From NCBI GenBank assembly GCA_964583985.1, contig CAZOYD010000021.1, forward strand, positions 1-50,197: a stretch of 50,197 nt of DNA, in the 5' to 3' direction. Made by a program: the position numbers and the translations under genes. Within the stretch, counting starts at the first letter, position 1. Every line of letters starts with the position of its first letter. Under the pieces are notes generated by a model. That model was given only the letters and a program-made list of their open reading frames with translations. It searched no databases and had not been told where the DNA came from. Shown here piece by piece: positions 36,504-46,426 of this stretch. This DNA comes from an uncultured archaeon. GTDB lineage: Archaea; Asgardarchaeota; Lokiarchaeia; Sigyniarchaeales; SOKP01.

Positions 36504-37565
36504 TTGGATTTCAAAGAAATAAAAAATCTGCTTGGAGCAGAAGCAGATGATCTGTTAAACCATATTTGTACAGGTATTCCCAAAGAAATGATCCACCTAC
36601 CTGGACCGGATTTCATTGAAAGAATCATTGAGCACAGTGATCGTAACAATTTGATGCTTAATAACATGGAAAGAATATTTAACCAAAGAGGGAGATTAGC
36701 CAAAACTGGTTATATTTCCATACTTCCAGTAGATCAAGGAATTGAACACACTGCTTCCGCCAGTTTTGCTCGCAATCCACGATATTTTGATCCCGAAAAC
36801 ATCATTAAATTAGCCATAGACGGCGGATGCAATGCCGTAGCATCAACATTAGGAGTGCTCGGATCAGTCAGCAGGCGATATGCACGTAAATTGCCATTTA
36901 TCGTCAAGCTAAACCATAATGAAATATTAACAAAACCAGAGATATCAGATCAAACAATGTTTGCTAGTGTAGAACAAGCTTGGGGCATGGGAGCCGTTGG
37001 AGTTGGATCTACAATTTATTTTGGTTCCCAGAATTCTCGACGCCAGATACAAGAAACTTCAGAAGCGTTCAAATTTGCTCATGAACTCGGCATGGTGTGT
37101 GTATTATGGTGCTATCTGAGAAATACAGAAGAATTTATAAAGGACGGGAAGGATTATCACACGGCAAATGACTTAGAGAGTCAAGCTAATCACATTGGCG
37201 TAACGCTCGAAGCCGATATTATAAAGCAAAAAATTTCAACCCTCAGTCGAGGATTTTTAGACCTAAATTTTGGAAAGACCGACAAGTTAGTCTACGAAAA
37301 ATTAGCAACCGATCACCCGTTAGAATGGAACCGCTATCAAGTAACAAATTGTTACATGGGTCGTGCGGGATTAATCAATTCTGGTGGGGAATCTGGGGGT
37401 AATGATCTTCAAGATGCTGTAAAGGCTGCTGTCATAAATAAGCGATCAGGTGGAATGGGATTAATTTTGGGAAGAAAAGCGTTTAAAAAGCCAACTCCAG
37501 AAGGTATTGCCATACTCAATGCTGTTCAGGATGTATATTTGTGCAACGATATAACTATAGCATAA
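36504..37565 (+). CDS. fbaB: Class I fructose-bisphosphate aldolase (FbaB/DhnA type)
   Basis: [28 protein letters not shown] (Schiff-base Lys), GLINSGG and GLILGRKAF. Confidence 0.93.
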   Translation: MDFKEIKNLLGAEADDLLNHICTGIPKEMIHLPGPDFIERIIEHSDRNNLMLNNMERIFNQRGRLAKTGYISILPVDQGIEHTASASFARNPRYFDPENIIKLAIDGGCNAVASTLGVLGSVSRRYARKLPFIVKLNHNEILTKPEISDQTMFASVEQAWGMGAVGVGSTIYFGSQNSRRQIQETSEAFKFAHELGMVCVLWCYLRNTEEFIKDGKDYHTANDLESQANHIGVTLEADIIKQKISTLSRGFLDLNFGKTDKLVYEKLATDHPLEWNRYQVTNCYMGRAGLINSGGESGGNDLQDAVKAAVINKRSGGMGLILGRKAFKKPTPEGIAILNAVQDVYLCNDITIA

Positions 37566-37694
37566 TTTTTTTTTTTCTCTTTTATATTTCATATTTCAAT
37601 AATACAATAATTCAATAATTGGACTACATAATTTAATTAAATGATTTTGTTATTATGATCATAAGATAAAAAAAAAGCATGAGAGTAAAAAGTA

Positions 37695-38405
37695 ATGGGA
37701 TACAGAGAATATGATAGTAATCCATACAGAATTAAAAACGAGCAAGCTCAACCTCAAGAAAGGAGTTCTCCTCGAGCTCCGTTAGATTTTTCAATTCATA
37801 GATTATGTCCTGCTTGTGGGAAGATAATCAAGATTACTCATTCGTTCTGCAAATTTTGTGGAACAAACATTAGCTCAATTTCACCTATTGGTCGTTCTGA
37901 TGAAGTGACTAAAACATTAGCCGATACAGCAATTTCAGATCCAAATCCAGATGTAAGGAAATCAGCAGTAGCATCGATCGGAGAATTTGGTGAAAACGAT
38001 ATTATAGGGCTACTTTCCTATATTCTATTGAATGATCCGGATGAAGCGGTACGAAAAGAGGCAGCTTCGGAATTAGGTAAATTACATCATCCCTATTCTC
38101 TTGATGTGTTAGCAAAAGCTTTAAAGGATAAAAGTGCTTCAGTTCGAAAAGAAGCGATTGAAGGATTGAAAAATATCAAGATGATGACTAAAAAGAGAGA
38201 GTCAGAAGAAGAATATGATAAAGAAAAGGCAGAATCAAATAAAGGTATTCAAGAAGTACCATCTACAAGCCCGCCTAGTGAAATAAAGGAAGAAAAAAAA
38301 GAAAATCTCAATGAAACAAATAAATCAACCGAAACGAGCGAAAATGAACCTTTAGAAGAATTCGACATAGATGAAACTGAAGAAAAGGACTTTTATGAAT
38401 TATAA
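37695..38405 (+). CDS. Zinc-ribbon plus HEAT/PBS-repeat protein with an acidic tail
   Basis: CPACG...CKFCG, three D...VRK.A repeats, and an E/K-rich disordered C-terminus. Confidence 0.85.
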   Translation: MGYREYDSNPYRIKNEQAQPQERSSPRAPLDFSIHRLCPACGKIIKITHSFCKFCGTNISSISPIGRSDEVTKTLADTAISDPNPDVRKSAVASIGEFGENDIIGLLSYILLNDPDEAVRKEAASELGKLHHPYSLDVLAKALKDKSASVRKEAIEGLKNIKMMTKKRESEEEYDKEKAESNKGIQEVPSTSPPSEIKEEKKENLNETNKSTETSENEPLEEFDIDETEEKDFYEL

Positions 38406-38415
38406 AAAGTAAAGC

Positions 38416-39336
38416 TCATTTAACGCTAGGAATTTTTGGTAACTCCCTTCTTCCCTGTGACTTAGAACCACTATTAGAATTGGTAGGTTTGTCTAAATCA
38501 TCTTGTTTTTGCGTCGAGACTTTTTTCTTTAAAACTTCGACAGCTTCAACAATTCCTTTTTTCTCATTTAGATACACCCTCAATTTATAATCATCTAATT
38601 CAATCATATCTTTAGGTAATTTCTCTACTTTTTCCCACTCGATTTCAACAACTTCCTTTCCAAACACTTCAGAGACTTTAGTTGTTGCACCATATAAAGC
38701 GTGACCAAGAATTAAATTTTGTCTTTCATACTCCCCCGGAACATCCTTTTCAAGAACTTTTTCTTTTATCTTTTCTAGATCTTGGGAAGTCAACAATCCT
38801 TGATTTTTAGCTTGCACGGGTGGTTGTGGTAATTTTCGAGAGAATGAGGACATTACAACCTTATCATCGTTATCATTTAATGCTGGAGAAAAATAAGTTT
38901 CATCGTCTGTATTGGCTGTGGAGTTACTCTTTAATGCTCTCTCAGCTTCTAACATCCTATCTCTCTCAATATTTCGAATATAGCGCATATCTGGTAATCT
39001 TTCCGTGACTTCCATCGATTCTAACCTAAATGCATTTAAGAACTCGTGAAGTTCGTCACCTTGGTCAATAGAAACTATTTTACATCGATGATACCTTGAA
39101 TCATCTATTAGCTCTTTTTGCAATTGTTGGGCAATTCGAGAACTTATGAACCTTTTTCTAACAGCAGATTTTGATCCCTTCCATATGAAAATCCTTCTTA
39201 AATCTTCTCTAACAATAATAAAAACTGCTTCTGGATTTAAAAAATTCTGAAGTTCTTCTTGCTTAATCTCCAATTTATTTCGTTCTCCCGAGTCCTCTAA
39301 TTCATATACCCTGAATTCTTCGTAGGCATCCGTCAT
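38416..39336 (-). CDS. Gelsolin/villin-like domain protein with a C-terminal extension
   Basis: LNPEAVFIIV...IFIWKGSKS.VRKRF...A and IDQGDE..EFL are gelsolin-repeat hallmarks. Confidence 0.8.
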   Translation of the reverse strand: MTDAYEEFRVYELEDSGERNKLEIKQEELQNFLNPEAVFIIVREDLRRIFIWKGSKSAVRKRFISSRIAQQLQKELIDDSRYHRCKIVSIDQGDELHEFLNAFRLESMEVTERLPDMRYIRNIERDRMLEAERALKSNSTANTDDETYFSPALNDNDDKVVMSSFSRKLPQPPVQAKNQGLLTSQDLEKIKEKVLEKDVPGEYERQNLILGHALYGATTKVSEVFGKEVVEIEWEKVEKLPKDMIELDDYKLRVYLNEKKGIVEAVEVLKKKVSTQKQDDLDKPTNSNSGSKSQGRRELPKIPSVK

Positions 39337-39576
39337 TTTTATACTCCTCCACTATTGTATCTGAAAATCTAAGTTTTGAATAAAATAAATAATTATATAA
39401 TAAATTTGGCTTTTAAAAACTTACCAATTCCAAAAGAAATTTTCATTCTTAGGTATAAAAATTATTGAGTTTTATTTATTAGCGAAACACCAAACCCTCC
39501 CAGAGTTAGTCCAAATATTGTAGGAAAAGATGATGGAATTATAATAAAACATTGATTAACTAAATTTTTGTATAGT

Positions 39577-40383
39577 TTACCACGGACGTCGAGCCCCTGG
39601 TCTTCTACCTGCAGGACCCGGAAATCTACCAGGAATTCTTCCTAAGATTGGACCTCTTACTCCTCCAATCATGGGTCCCATGCCTCCTTGATTATCATGC
39701 AAAACATTATCTATTGATAAAACGAAACCTACAAGGATTCTACGATCTGTCTCATTATCAAAAATTCTTAATGCATAACGATCAGCATAATCAAAAATGC
39801 CTCCTAGGAAAATGTCTCGCCATTTATCCGCTTTCTCTATTTCAGCAACAAGTTTATGTGTATTACTTTCAAAAATTCTAAAACTCCACCCAAAAAAATC
39901 GCCTTCAGCTTCATACCAACGAACTTTTGTCTCAGGTTCTTCTAAAAAGAATTTTTGCTGGAAAAAAGTCAGAATTTTTCGCTTAATTCTCGCGATAGGA
40001 ATTCCTTGGGGATCCTTTAGATCTTGAGCGCCTCTGGCACTAACTATTTTGCTATGAATAGTTGCTACCACCGTTCTATCAACTTCTTGTAATTCAACTC
40101 GTCTTCGAATACTAAATAAAATCCGATGCATTAAACCAATAGTTTCTCCTTTTTCATCAAAAATTTCGCCATAACCTAAATCCCAAGCATTTTCTTTAAT
40201 TAAATAATAATTTCTGCTCAAATCAAATAACCCTCCCTTCCCTGATGTGGTAGGAGTTGGCACTTGTGATGAAGGTACCGTTAGATTGATTTTTTTAGTT
40301 TCCTGCAATAATTCTGCTCCGCACGATTCACAATATCTTTGTTCTTCGGCTACTGGCGCACCACATTCTTTACAATTCTTCAT
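39577..40383 (-). CDS. Zinc-ribbon plus LURP-one/scramblase (Tubby-like) domain protein with a G/P/R-rich tail
   Basis: CKECG...YCESCG, repeated beta units (IFDEKGETIG, IARIKRK), EGDFFGWSF.I, D.Y.L.I and ILVGFVLSID. Confidence 0.8.
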   Translation of the reverse strand: MKNCKECGAPVAEEQRYCESCGAELLQETKKINLTVPSSQVPTPTTSGKGGLFDLSRNYYLIKENAWDLGYGEIFDEKGETIGLMHRILFSIRRRVELQEVDRTVVATIHSKIVSARGAQDLKDPQGIPIARIKRKILTFFQQKFFLEEPETKVRWYEAEGDFFGWSFRIFESNTHKLVAEIEKADKWRDIFLGGIFDYADRYALRIFDNETDRRILVGFVLSIDNVLHDNQGGMGPMIGGVRGPILGRIPGRFPGPAGRRPGARRPW

Positions 40384-40544
40384 CGATTATTTCTAATCCT
40401 AATGTATTTATATTTTACTTAATCTAATCTATAATAATTCAATTGTTTTAATAAATTTAAGGTTGAAGGAGTCCATTTATTCATCCAAAGGAAATTTTTT
40501 AAGTGAATCGAGATTTAAAATACTAAATATAAAACGAGATTATT

Positions 40545-41315
40545 ATGTCATCCATACCGAAACTTCTCAAATTGAAAGATTATGCTACATTATTAGGAAC
40601 AACTTTAGGGTTAATAGCATTATTGTTTGCAGGAATAGGAACGCGCTATACAGTCACTTTTGGTTTCTTCTTAATATCATTAACACTAGGTACAGATTTA
40701 TTGGATGGATACATTGCTCGAAAAACGGGAACTGTAAATGATATAGGGCGGGAACTCGATTCTCTGAGTGATGCACTAACATTTGGAATAGTACCTGCGA
40801 TTTTAACTTTTCAAGCTTTTAAAACAGGACAATTTTATGATATTGTGTTAGCGATTAGTTGTATTGTATTCGCTCTCTGTGCAATTTTGCGATTAGCCCG
40901 TTTCAATATATCTACGGAATCAGGTTATATGGGTGTTCCAACACCGATCACTGCCCTCGAAATGATTGTATTCTATTTTTCCAACTACTTTTATGCAGCG
41001 GCGAATGATGGATTAGCTGATCCATTTCCCATAATCGCTTATTATTCAACTCCCGCATTTTTAATCCTCTTTGGATGGCTTAACATCACGACACATTTGA
41101 AATACAGAGAAAAAAGCAAATCCTTTTATTATATAGTGATCATAATTGCTCCAATAGTTCCAATATTTGGTATTGTTGGATTACAGGGCGATTTAGTGCA
41201 TCCAACCGTATATCTTACGTTTTCGATTATTCTATTGTGTATTTTCTTTGGCTCCCTATTATGGCAACTGTTTAATTCCACATCTCAATGGATTAAAAAA
41301 CTCAAGAATAAGTAA
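40545..41315 (+). CDS. pssA: CDP-alcohol phosphatidyltransferase, phosphatidylserine/archaetidylserine synthase-like
   Basis: DLLDGYIAR...GRELDSLSD signature plus LRLARFN and GVPTP. Confidence 0.8.
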   Translation: MSSIPKLLKLKDYATLLGTTLGLIALLFAGIGTRYTVTFGFFLISLTLGTDLLDGYIARKTGTVNDIGRELDSLSDALTFGIVPAILTFQAFKTGQFYDIVLAISCIVFALCAILRLARFNISTESGYMGVPTPITALEMIVFYFSNYFYAAANDGLADPFPIIAYYSTPAFLILFGWLNITTHLKYREKSKSFYYIVIIIAPIVPIFGIVGLQGDLVHPTVYLTFSIILLCIFFGSLLWQLFNSTSQWIKKLKNK

Positions 41316-41322
41316 TTTTCTA

Positions 41323-43254
41323 TCATATTAAGTGAGATTTCCAATCTTCAATACTAGCAATTATTTGCTTCTTATCTAATTCATTAAGATAATCTTCGCT
41401 AAATTTATATTGATTTATGGTACTCCTAATTTTATGGAGTGTAACAGAAAATCCCTTTTTTTCGAGTATTACATTAGCTACAGCCTGTAATTTTTCGCTA
41501 AATTCTTTTCCCTTAAGTGATCCCATTTTTTGAATTAGATCAATGAAATTCTGATTAATGATGATATTTGATTGATCCTCAAGGTCTGGATTTATAGTAG
41601 AACTTTGATCAATTTGAGTAGAATGAGGAGAAACCTCAGGCATTTCTCTTGGAGGTTCTGTTTTTTGTACTATCTTTGATACTTCCGTTTTAACCGGATT
41701 GGGTGATATTAGAGGGTCTTCTTCAAGGATTTTTGGTTTAGAAGTGATTATATTGGCGTTTTTGATCTGCTTACGCACATCTGTACTCACTCCTTCAATA
41801 CCAATAGATTTTGGTACTTGAAATGAATCCTTTACTGCTAATTCTAATAGACTATTTATCATAATATCTAACATCTTAATGAAAGGGGGATAATTACTGG
41901 AGATTCCGATGAAATTTTGCATTGGATCAGAGGAATCTATTTGAATGACACCAAGCAAAACGTGATCATTGTCACCTTTTATTATAATAATAGTGTCATT
42001 CCTTAACATTCGATATTCTACATTTGATATTTCAATGAATTTTTTCGCAGAACTATTTGTATGTGCTTCTGAGGATATAATCTTAATCTTTAGAGAATTC
42101 GATGCTTCTTTTATTTGTTCTGGTAAAATTAAGGGTTCAAGATTAGGAACGACAATGGTTAAATCTTTTTTTGTATTAATAAGGAAATTTGATAGTTCTT
42201 CGTTTACTTTAGTCAAGCTATTAATTTGATAAATTTTATCAATACGAGTAATTTCAGGATCTTTAATGATTTTTAAATAATTATCCATTACTAAATTGAT
42301 AGGATCATTTAATTTCACGACTGAATTTACTGAATTTTGCATTATTTCATTCATTTTCATGGTTATTATTTCCTTAAAACCCTCCATTTGAGGTTTCATT
42401 TGGACATTTTTCTTTTTTATTATATCAAAGATTTCATTGATTTTAACCTCAAAATTAGTCATTATGTTTAAAAGAAGGATTTTAAAATCATTTCTAAATT
42501 GAAATGTGGAGTTAATAATGGTGTTCATTGACTCTTGTGTATAATCGAATTCTTTCTTAATTTTCTCATGCAAATCGAGTGTAAAATCTTCCACCATTTT
42601 ATCAAAATTCTTTTTAAATGATTCACTAATGAATTCTATTAGATTCCCCTTATTTTTTTTTATATCTGAAGATTCTACTTTACCGATTATTTCATTTTCA
42701 ATTGTAGGTAAGATTTTTATCAAGTTGGAAAATTCAGTCTGAGTAACCCCTTTGATATTATTATGTAAACCATCAAACGCATCACTTAAAACCCTTAAAT
42801 TCTCCATACCTGCAACAATATCTTCTATATCTTGCTTTTGAATGATTAAATCTTCATCTATATCTTTTTTTAAATCTTGCGTGGCTTGAAAAACAGAATC
42901 CATCTCGATTAATTGGTTTTCTTGGAAAATTTTCTCCAAACTCTTGCTTAAAATTAACTGGATCTGGTTTTTAATATTCTCAACATTTTTTTTTATATTT
43001 TCATAGTAGACATTTATAGCTCCGAAAGGTGGAATTGCGAGATAATGATTAAGAATCTTCGGATCCTTTGGATAAATTGGATTTATTAAGCCTATATCCA
43101 TAAGGTCGTTCAAGGCACGTGAAACCTCTTCAAGAGACAAATCTGGTACAATTAAATTCATTTCATTCTTTGTCATTGAGTTTTTACCAAAGGATCCTAA
43201 ATAAATCCGAATGGCATTTTTAGAAAGATTTAACATTTCAAAAAAGTTTTCCAT
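41323..43254 (-). CDS. TrmB-like N-terminal wHTH, long helical/coiled-coil region, PLD-like domain and C-terminal helical domain
   Basis: LNLSKNAIRIY...VSRALNDLMDIGLI...YLAIPP (TrmB-type HTH), about 250 aa of heptad-rich sequence, then TKKDLTIVVP...KIKII (PLD-like fold, no HKD). Confidence 0.55.
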   Translation of the reverse strand: MENFFEMLNLSKNAIRIYLGSFGKNSMTKNEMNLIVPDLSLEEVSRALNDLMDIGLINPIYPKDPKILNHYLAIPPFGAINVYYENIKKNVENIKNQIQLILSKSLEKIFQENQLIEMDSVFQATQDLKKDIDEDLIIQKQDIEDIVAGMENLRVLSDAFDGLHNNIKGVTQTEFSNLIKILPTIENEIIGKVESSDIKKNKGNLIEFISESFKKNFDKMVEDFTLDLHEKIKKEFDYTQESMNTIINSTFQFRNDFKILLLNIMTNFEVKINEIFDIIKKKNVQMKPQMEGFKEIITMKMNEIMQNSVNSVVKLNDPINLVMDNYLKIIKDPEITRIDKIYQINSLTKVNEELSNFLINTKKDLTIVVPNLEPLILPEQIKEASNSLKIKIISSEAHTNSSAKKFIEISNVEYRMLRNDTIIIIKGDNDHVLLGVIQIDSSDPMQNFIGISSNYPPFIKMLDIMINSLLELAVKDSFQVPKSIGIEGVSTDVRKQIKNANIITSKPKILEEDPLISPNPVKTEVSKIVQKTEPPREMPEVSPHSTQIDQSSTINPDLEDQSNIIINQNFIDLIQKMGSLKGKEFSEKLQAVANVILEKKGFSVTLHKIRSTINQYKFSEDYLNELDKKQIIASIEDWKSHLI

Positions 43255-43408
43255 CTTTAACTACCCGATATTTGTGATTTCTTGGGCATTCCTTTCTCAT
43301 TTTTAATTCATAGTAAAATAAATATTTAATGTTTTCATTTTGTTAGATAACTAATATTTTGTGAATAAATATCTTAAACTATATATCTATTAGAAGAGAT
43401 TAAACGTT

Positions 43409-44767
43409 ATGGACTCATCTTATGAAGATGTATTCATTTATTTAGATTTATCCAAGGAATTCTTGAAGAAGAAGGACATAATAAAAGCGATCAAATACTA
43501 CATTACTGAAAAAAACAAAGCAAATTTGAAGGGTCATTATGGATTGCTAATATTTCAAGAAGAAGGTAATCCTGTTTTTATTACAAATAAGAAAGATTCA
43601 GATATAATCATAAATGCAATAGAAGAGAATTGGAAATCAAGACCAAAAAACCAATCATACTTCGAGAATGGACTATTTTACGTATTCTCTTATTTGACAG
43701 AAAAGATCCGTAAAAAATCTAAAATTTATCGTATTATCATTATAACAGATACCCCAAGTGACTTATCTGAAGATTATACCGAAGTTTTGTTCAATTTAGT
43801 GTCGAAAATAAAAAATTTTCCTACGTACATTGACATAATCCGAATTTCACTAGGTGAAAATCGCTTTTTTAAGGATGATGTTAAATTGAATGTTTTAGCT
43901 AGTGATACAAAAGGAAGTATTTTCTATATTAATGATAAGAAGGATTTTTTTAAGATAATGGAGAAACTCATCAAAATGAAACAATTAGTAAGCATCTTTG
44001 CTGACCAACCAGAGAAGATTTCTATTAAAAAAGAGGACTACGATTTTTATTCTCGATTAGCAAAAAAATTAATCCCTACTTCTCAAGATAAACCAGGAAT
44101 AAAATGCCAATTTTGTGATGATGAGATATGTCCAGTGTGTACAGATATAAACGACATTCCTCTAATGTGTCAGGATTGTGGAGCCACGTTTCATAAATGT
44201 TGCATTATTAATTACTCTATCGATCATAATATTGGAATTCCTCACATCTTTCGTTGTCCACAATGTGATGTTTTATTGCAAATTGATCAAGATGAAATTG
44301 TACAATCTGAAAATCCAGATATTAAATCCGCAGAAGAATATATAGAAAATGATTATGATGAAGAAAATGATCTGAGTGAGGAAAACCTAATTGATGAGAT
44401 GGACCATGAAGTAAATATAAATGAAGAAATAGAAGTTGATTCATATAATAACGCTCAAGAGCACCTAACATCTGGAACCAATACAGAGGAAAAAATAATT
44501 CAAATTGGAGGATTTTTTGGCAAAATGTATAGAGTAAGAAAAGATGGAAGTTATCTTGTTTATGAACGATTCTCTAATTCAAACCAAACTTCAAGGTCTA
44601 ATGTGGCTTCCTCGATTAAAAAAGATTCAGAGCAGGTTTCAAAAAAAGAAATTTGGAATCCGAAAGAAACTTCTTCTTTTTTAATTTGCCCAAATTGCGG
44701 AAAACAGTTGAATAAAAAGGGTCAAGATGATTATTGTCCATATTGTGGCATAAAATTTCGAATATAG
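43409..44767 (+). CDS. vWA-like domain, Cys/His zinc finger (C4HC3 RING/PHD-like), acidic linker and zinc ribbon
   Basis: FIYLDLS, RIIIITD, IDIIRI and LASDTKG (vWA-like); CQFC-CPVC-CQDC-HKCC-CPQC; terminal CPNCG...CPYCG. Confidence 0.7.
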   Translation: MDSSYEDVFIYLDLSKEFLKKKDIIKAIKYYITEKNKANLKGHYGLLIFQEEGNPVFITNKKDSDIIINAIEENWKSRPKNQSYFENGLFYVFSYLTEKIRKKSKIYRIIIITDTPSDLSEDYTEVLFNLVSKIKNFPTYIDIIRISLGENRFFKDDVKLNVLASDTKGSIFYINDKKDFFKIMEKLIKMKQLVSIFADQPEKISIKKEDYDFYSRLAKKLIPTSQDKPGIKCQFCDDEICPVCTDINDIPLMCQDCGATFHKCCIINYSIDHNIGIPHIFRCPQCDVLLQIDQDEIVQSENPDIKSAEEYIENDYDEENDLSEENLIDEMDHEVNINEEIEVDSYNNAQEHLTSGTNTEEKIIQIGGFFGKMYRVRKDGSYLVYERFSNSNQTSRSNVASSIKKDSEQVSKKEIWNPKETSSFLICPNCGKQLNKKGQDDYCPYCGIKFRI

Positions 44768-44911
44768 TTCCGTTATAATAATACCAACAAAAAATTATAA
44801 TCTGGTTCTTGAAATAAAATTTGATCTATTGGTTTTATTAAAATTTAAAAGCTCTTAATTTCATGTAGTAGTTAAGTTCTGAATTATTTCTTTATATTTT
44901 CTTGATGCTCT

Positions 44912-46234
44912 ATGTTTAAAAATTTGCCTGTGAATTCAGAAGAATTTATCTTTTATCTTGATCTCTCAAAAGATTTCATCAAAAAAAAGAATTTAATGAA
45001 ATCTATCAATGGTTTTGAGAAAGAAAAGGAGAAATTTCATAGTATAAGTACCTATGGCCTAATCATGTTTCAGAAAAAGGAAAACTTAATTACGATATAT
45101 GATCAACCTAATACTGAAATAATTTCTAAGGTGATTAACGATAATTGGGAATCAAGAGAAGACAACAAGAGTTTCTTAGAAAATGGTTTGTTTGAAGTAC
45201 TAGCCTATATTTTTACTAAAAGTAAAGAAAAACGTAAGAACTATCGTGTTATTATATTATCTGATACCCCAAGTGACTTATCAGAAGAATATCGTCATGC
45301 ATTATATGATTTGCTATTAAAAGCGAAATTTTTTGATACTTTTATAGATATTATTCGCGTAGGAGATGAAAAATTTTATAGTGATGATGTTAAGCTTAAA
45401 GTGATGATTTCTGAAACGAAAGGTGGTGTATTCTACTGCAATGACCCTAAATTATTACCGGATATACTTAACTCGCTTCTGCAGAATAAATCAGAATTTT
45501 CTGTCATTCTTCCTGAAGAAAATAGTGAATTTCTTGATGAAGATAAGCTTTTCTATGAAAAATTGGCGGTAGATCTGATTACTTTAGATCCTGAAGACGA
45601 AGAAATATGTACTATTTGCAATCAAGAATTATGCCCTATCTGTGAAGCACATTCTGACGAAATTCATAAATGCTACAATTGTGATGCGAAATATCATTTA
45701 TGTTGTGCAGCAAAATACTCAATTAATAATAACATTGGGTTTAAACACATATTTAGATGCATCAAATGTGATACACTCCTCAAATTGGATGAAGAATTCG
45801 TAAAATTAATCTATGAAGAAGAACATGGGGAAGAATTTGAAGAACCAGAATTTGAAGAACCAGAATTCGAAGATGAAATACTTCAAGAAGAAAGAAATGC
45901 TATAGATTTCGAAGAAGATGATAAACCAATAGGTCAAGTTGATACTGAATATTCAAGGGAACTTGCAGAAACTGTAATTACAAAAAAAGTTAAGATTGGG
46001 GGTTATTTTGGTCAAGAAGTTGAAATTACGACAAAAGCGAATAATCATAATATTCCACAATCATCTAATACAATGATTCACATCCAAGAAGAAGGAGAAA
46101 CAATGTCAAAAGAACCCGTTTCAATAACATCTCTTCGACCGCCAAAGAAAAAAACCATCAAATTATGCAAAATTTGTGGTGAAACGGTAAAAAATATGTC
46201 TATTTGTCCAACTTGTGGAGCTAAAATAGATTGA
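44912..46234 (+). CDS. vWA-like plus zinc-finger protein, tandem paralog
   Basis: Colinear with the upstream gene (YLDLSK, ENGLF, DTPSDLSE, DDVKL, same Cys spacing). Confidence 0.7.
   Translation: MFKNLPVNSEEFIFYLDLSKDFIKKKNLMKSINGFEKEKEKFHSISTYGLIMFQKKENLITIYDQPNTEIISKVINDNWESREDNKSFLENGLFEVLAYIFTKSKEKRKNYRVIILSDTPSDLSEEYRHALYDLLLKAKFFDTFIDIIRVGDEKFYSDDVKLKVMISETKGGVFYCNDPKLLPDILNSLLQNKSEFSVILPEENSEFLDEDKLFYEKLAVDLITLDPEDEEICTICNQELCPICEAHSDEIHKCYNCDAKYHLCCAAKYSINNNIGFKHIFRCIKCDTLLKLDEEFVKLIYEEEHGEEFEEPEFEEPEFEDEILQEERNAIDFEEDDKPIGQVDTEYSRELAETVITKKVKIGGYFGQEVEITTKANNHNIPQSSNTMIHIQEEGETMSKEPVSITSLRPPKKKTIKLCKICGETVKNMSICPTCGAKID
45833..45873 (+). repeat. Coding 15-bp tandem repeat (EFEEP, about 2.7 copies)
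   Basis: GAATTTGAAGAACCA twice, then GAATTCGAAGA. Confidence 0.8.
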
Positions 46235-46426
46235 ATTCTCATATACTAAATAAGTTACTTCAAATTTTCCTTCTTTAAAACCTATAAGTGAGATGCAAAT
46301 TTGCTGAATCCTTTATATAATTATTGTCAATATTAATGTCTATTACAGAAATTTAAAAAGATAATCATAAAATATAAAGGATAATTTAGCATCTTTAAAC
46401 AGTTATCTAAAATCAATTGAGTCACC

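Noticed and set aside
39464-39555. Possible minus-strand gene remnant (..PTIFGLTLGGFGVSLINKTQ)
   Set aside because: It is too short, lacks a start codon and cannot be distinguished from chance without a search.
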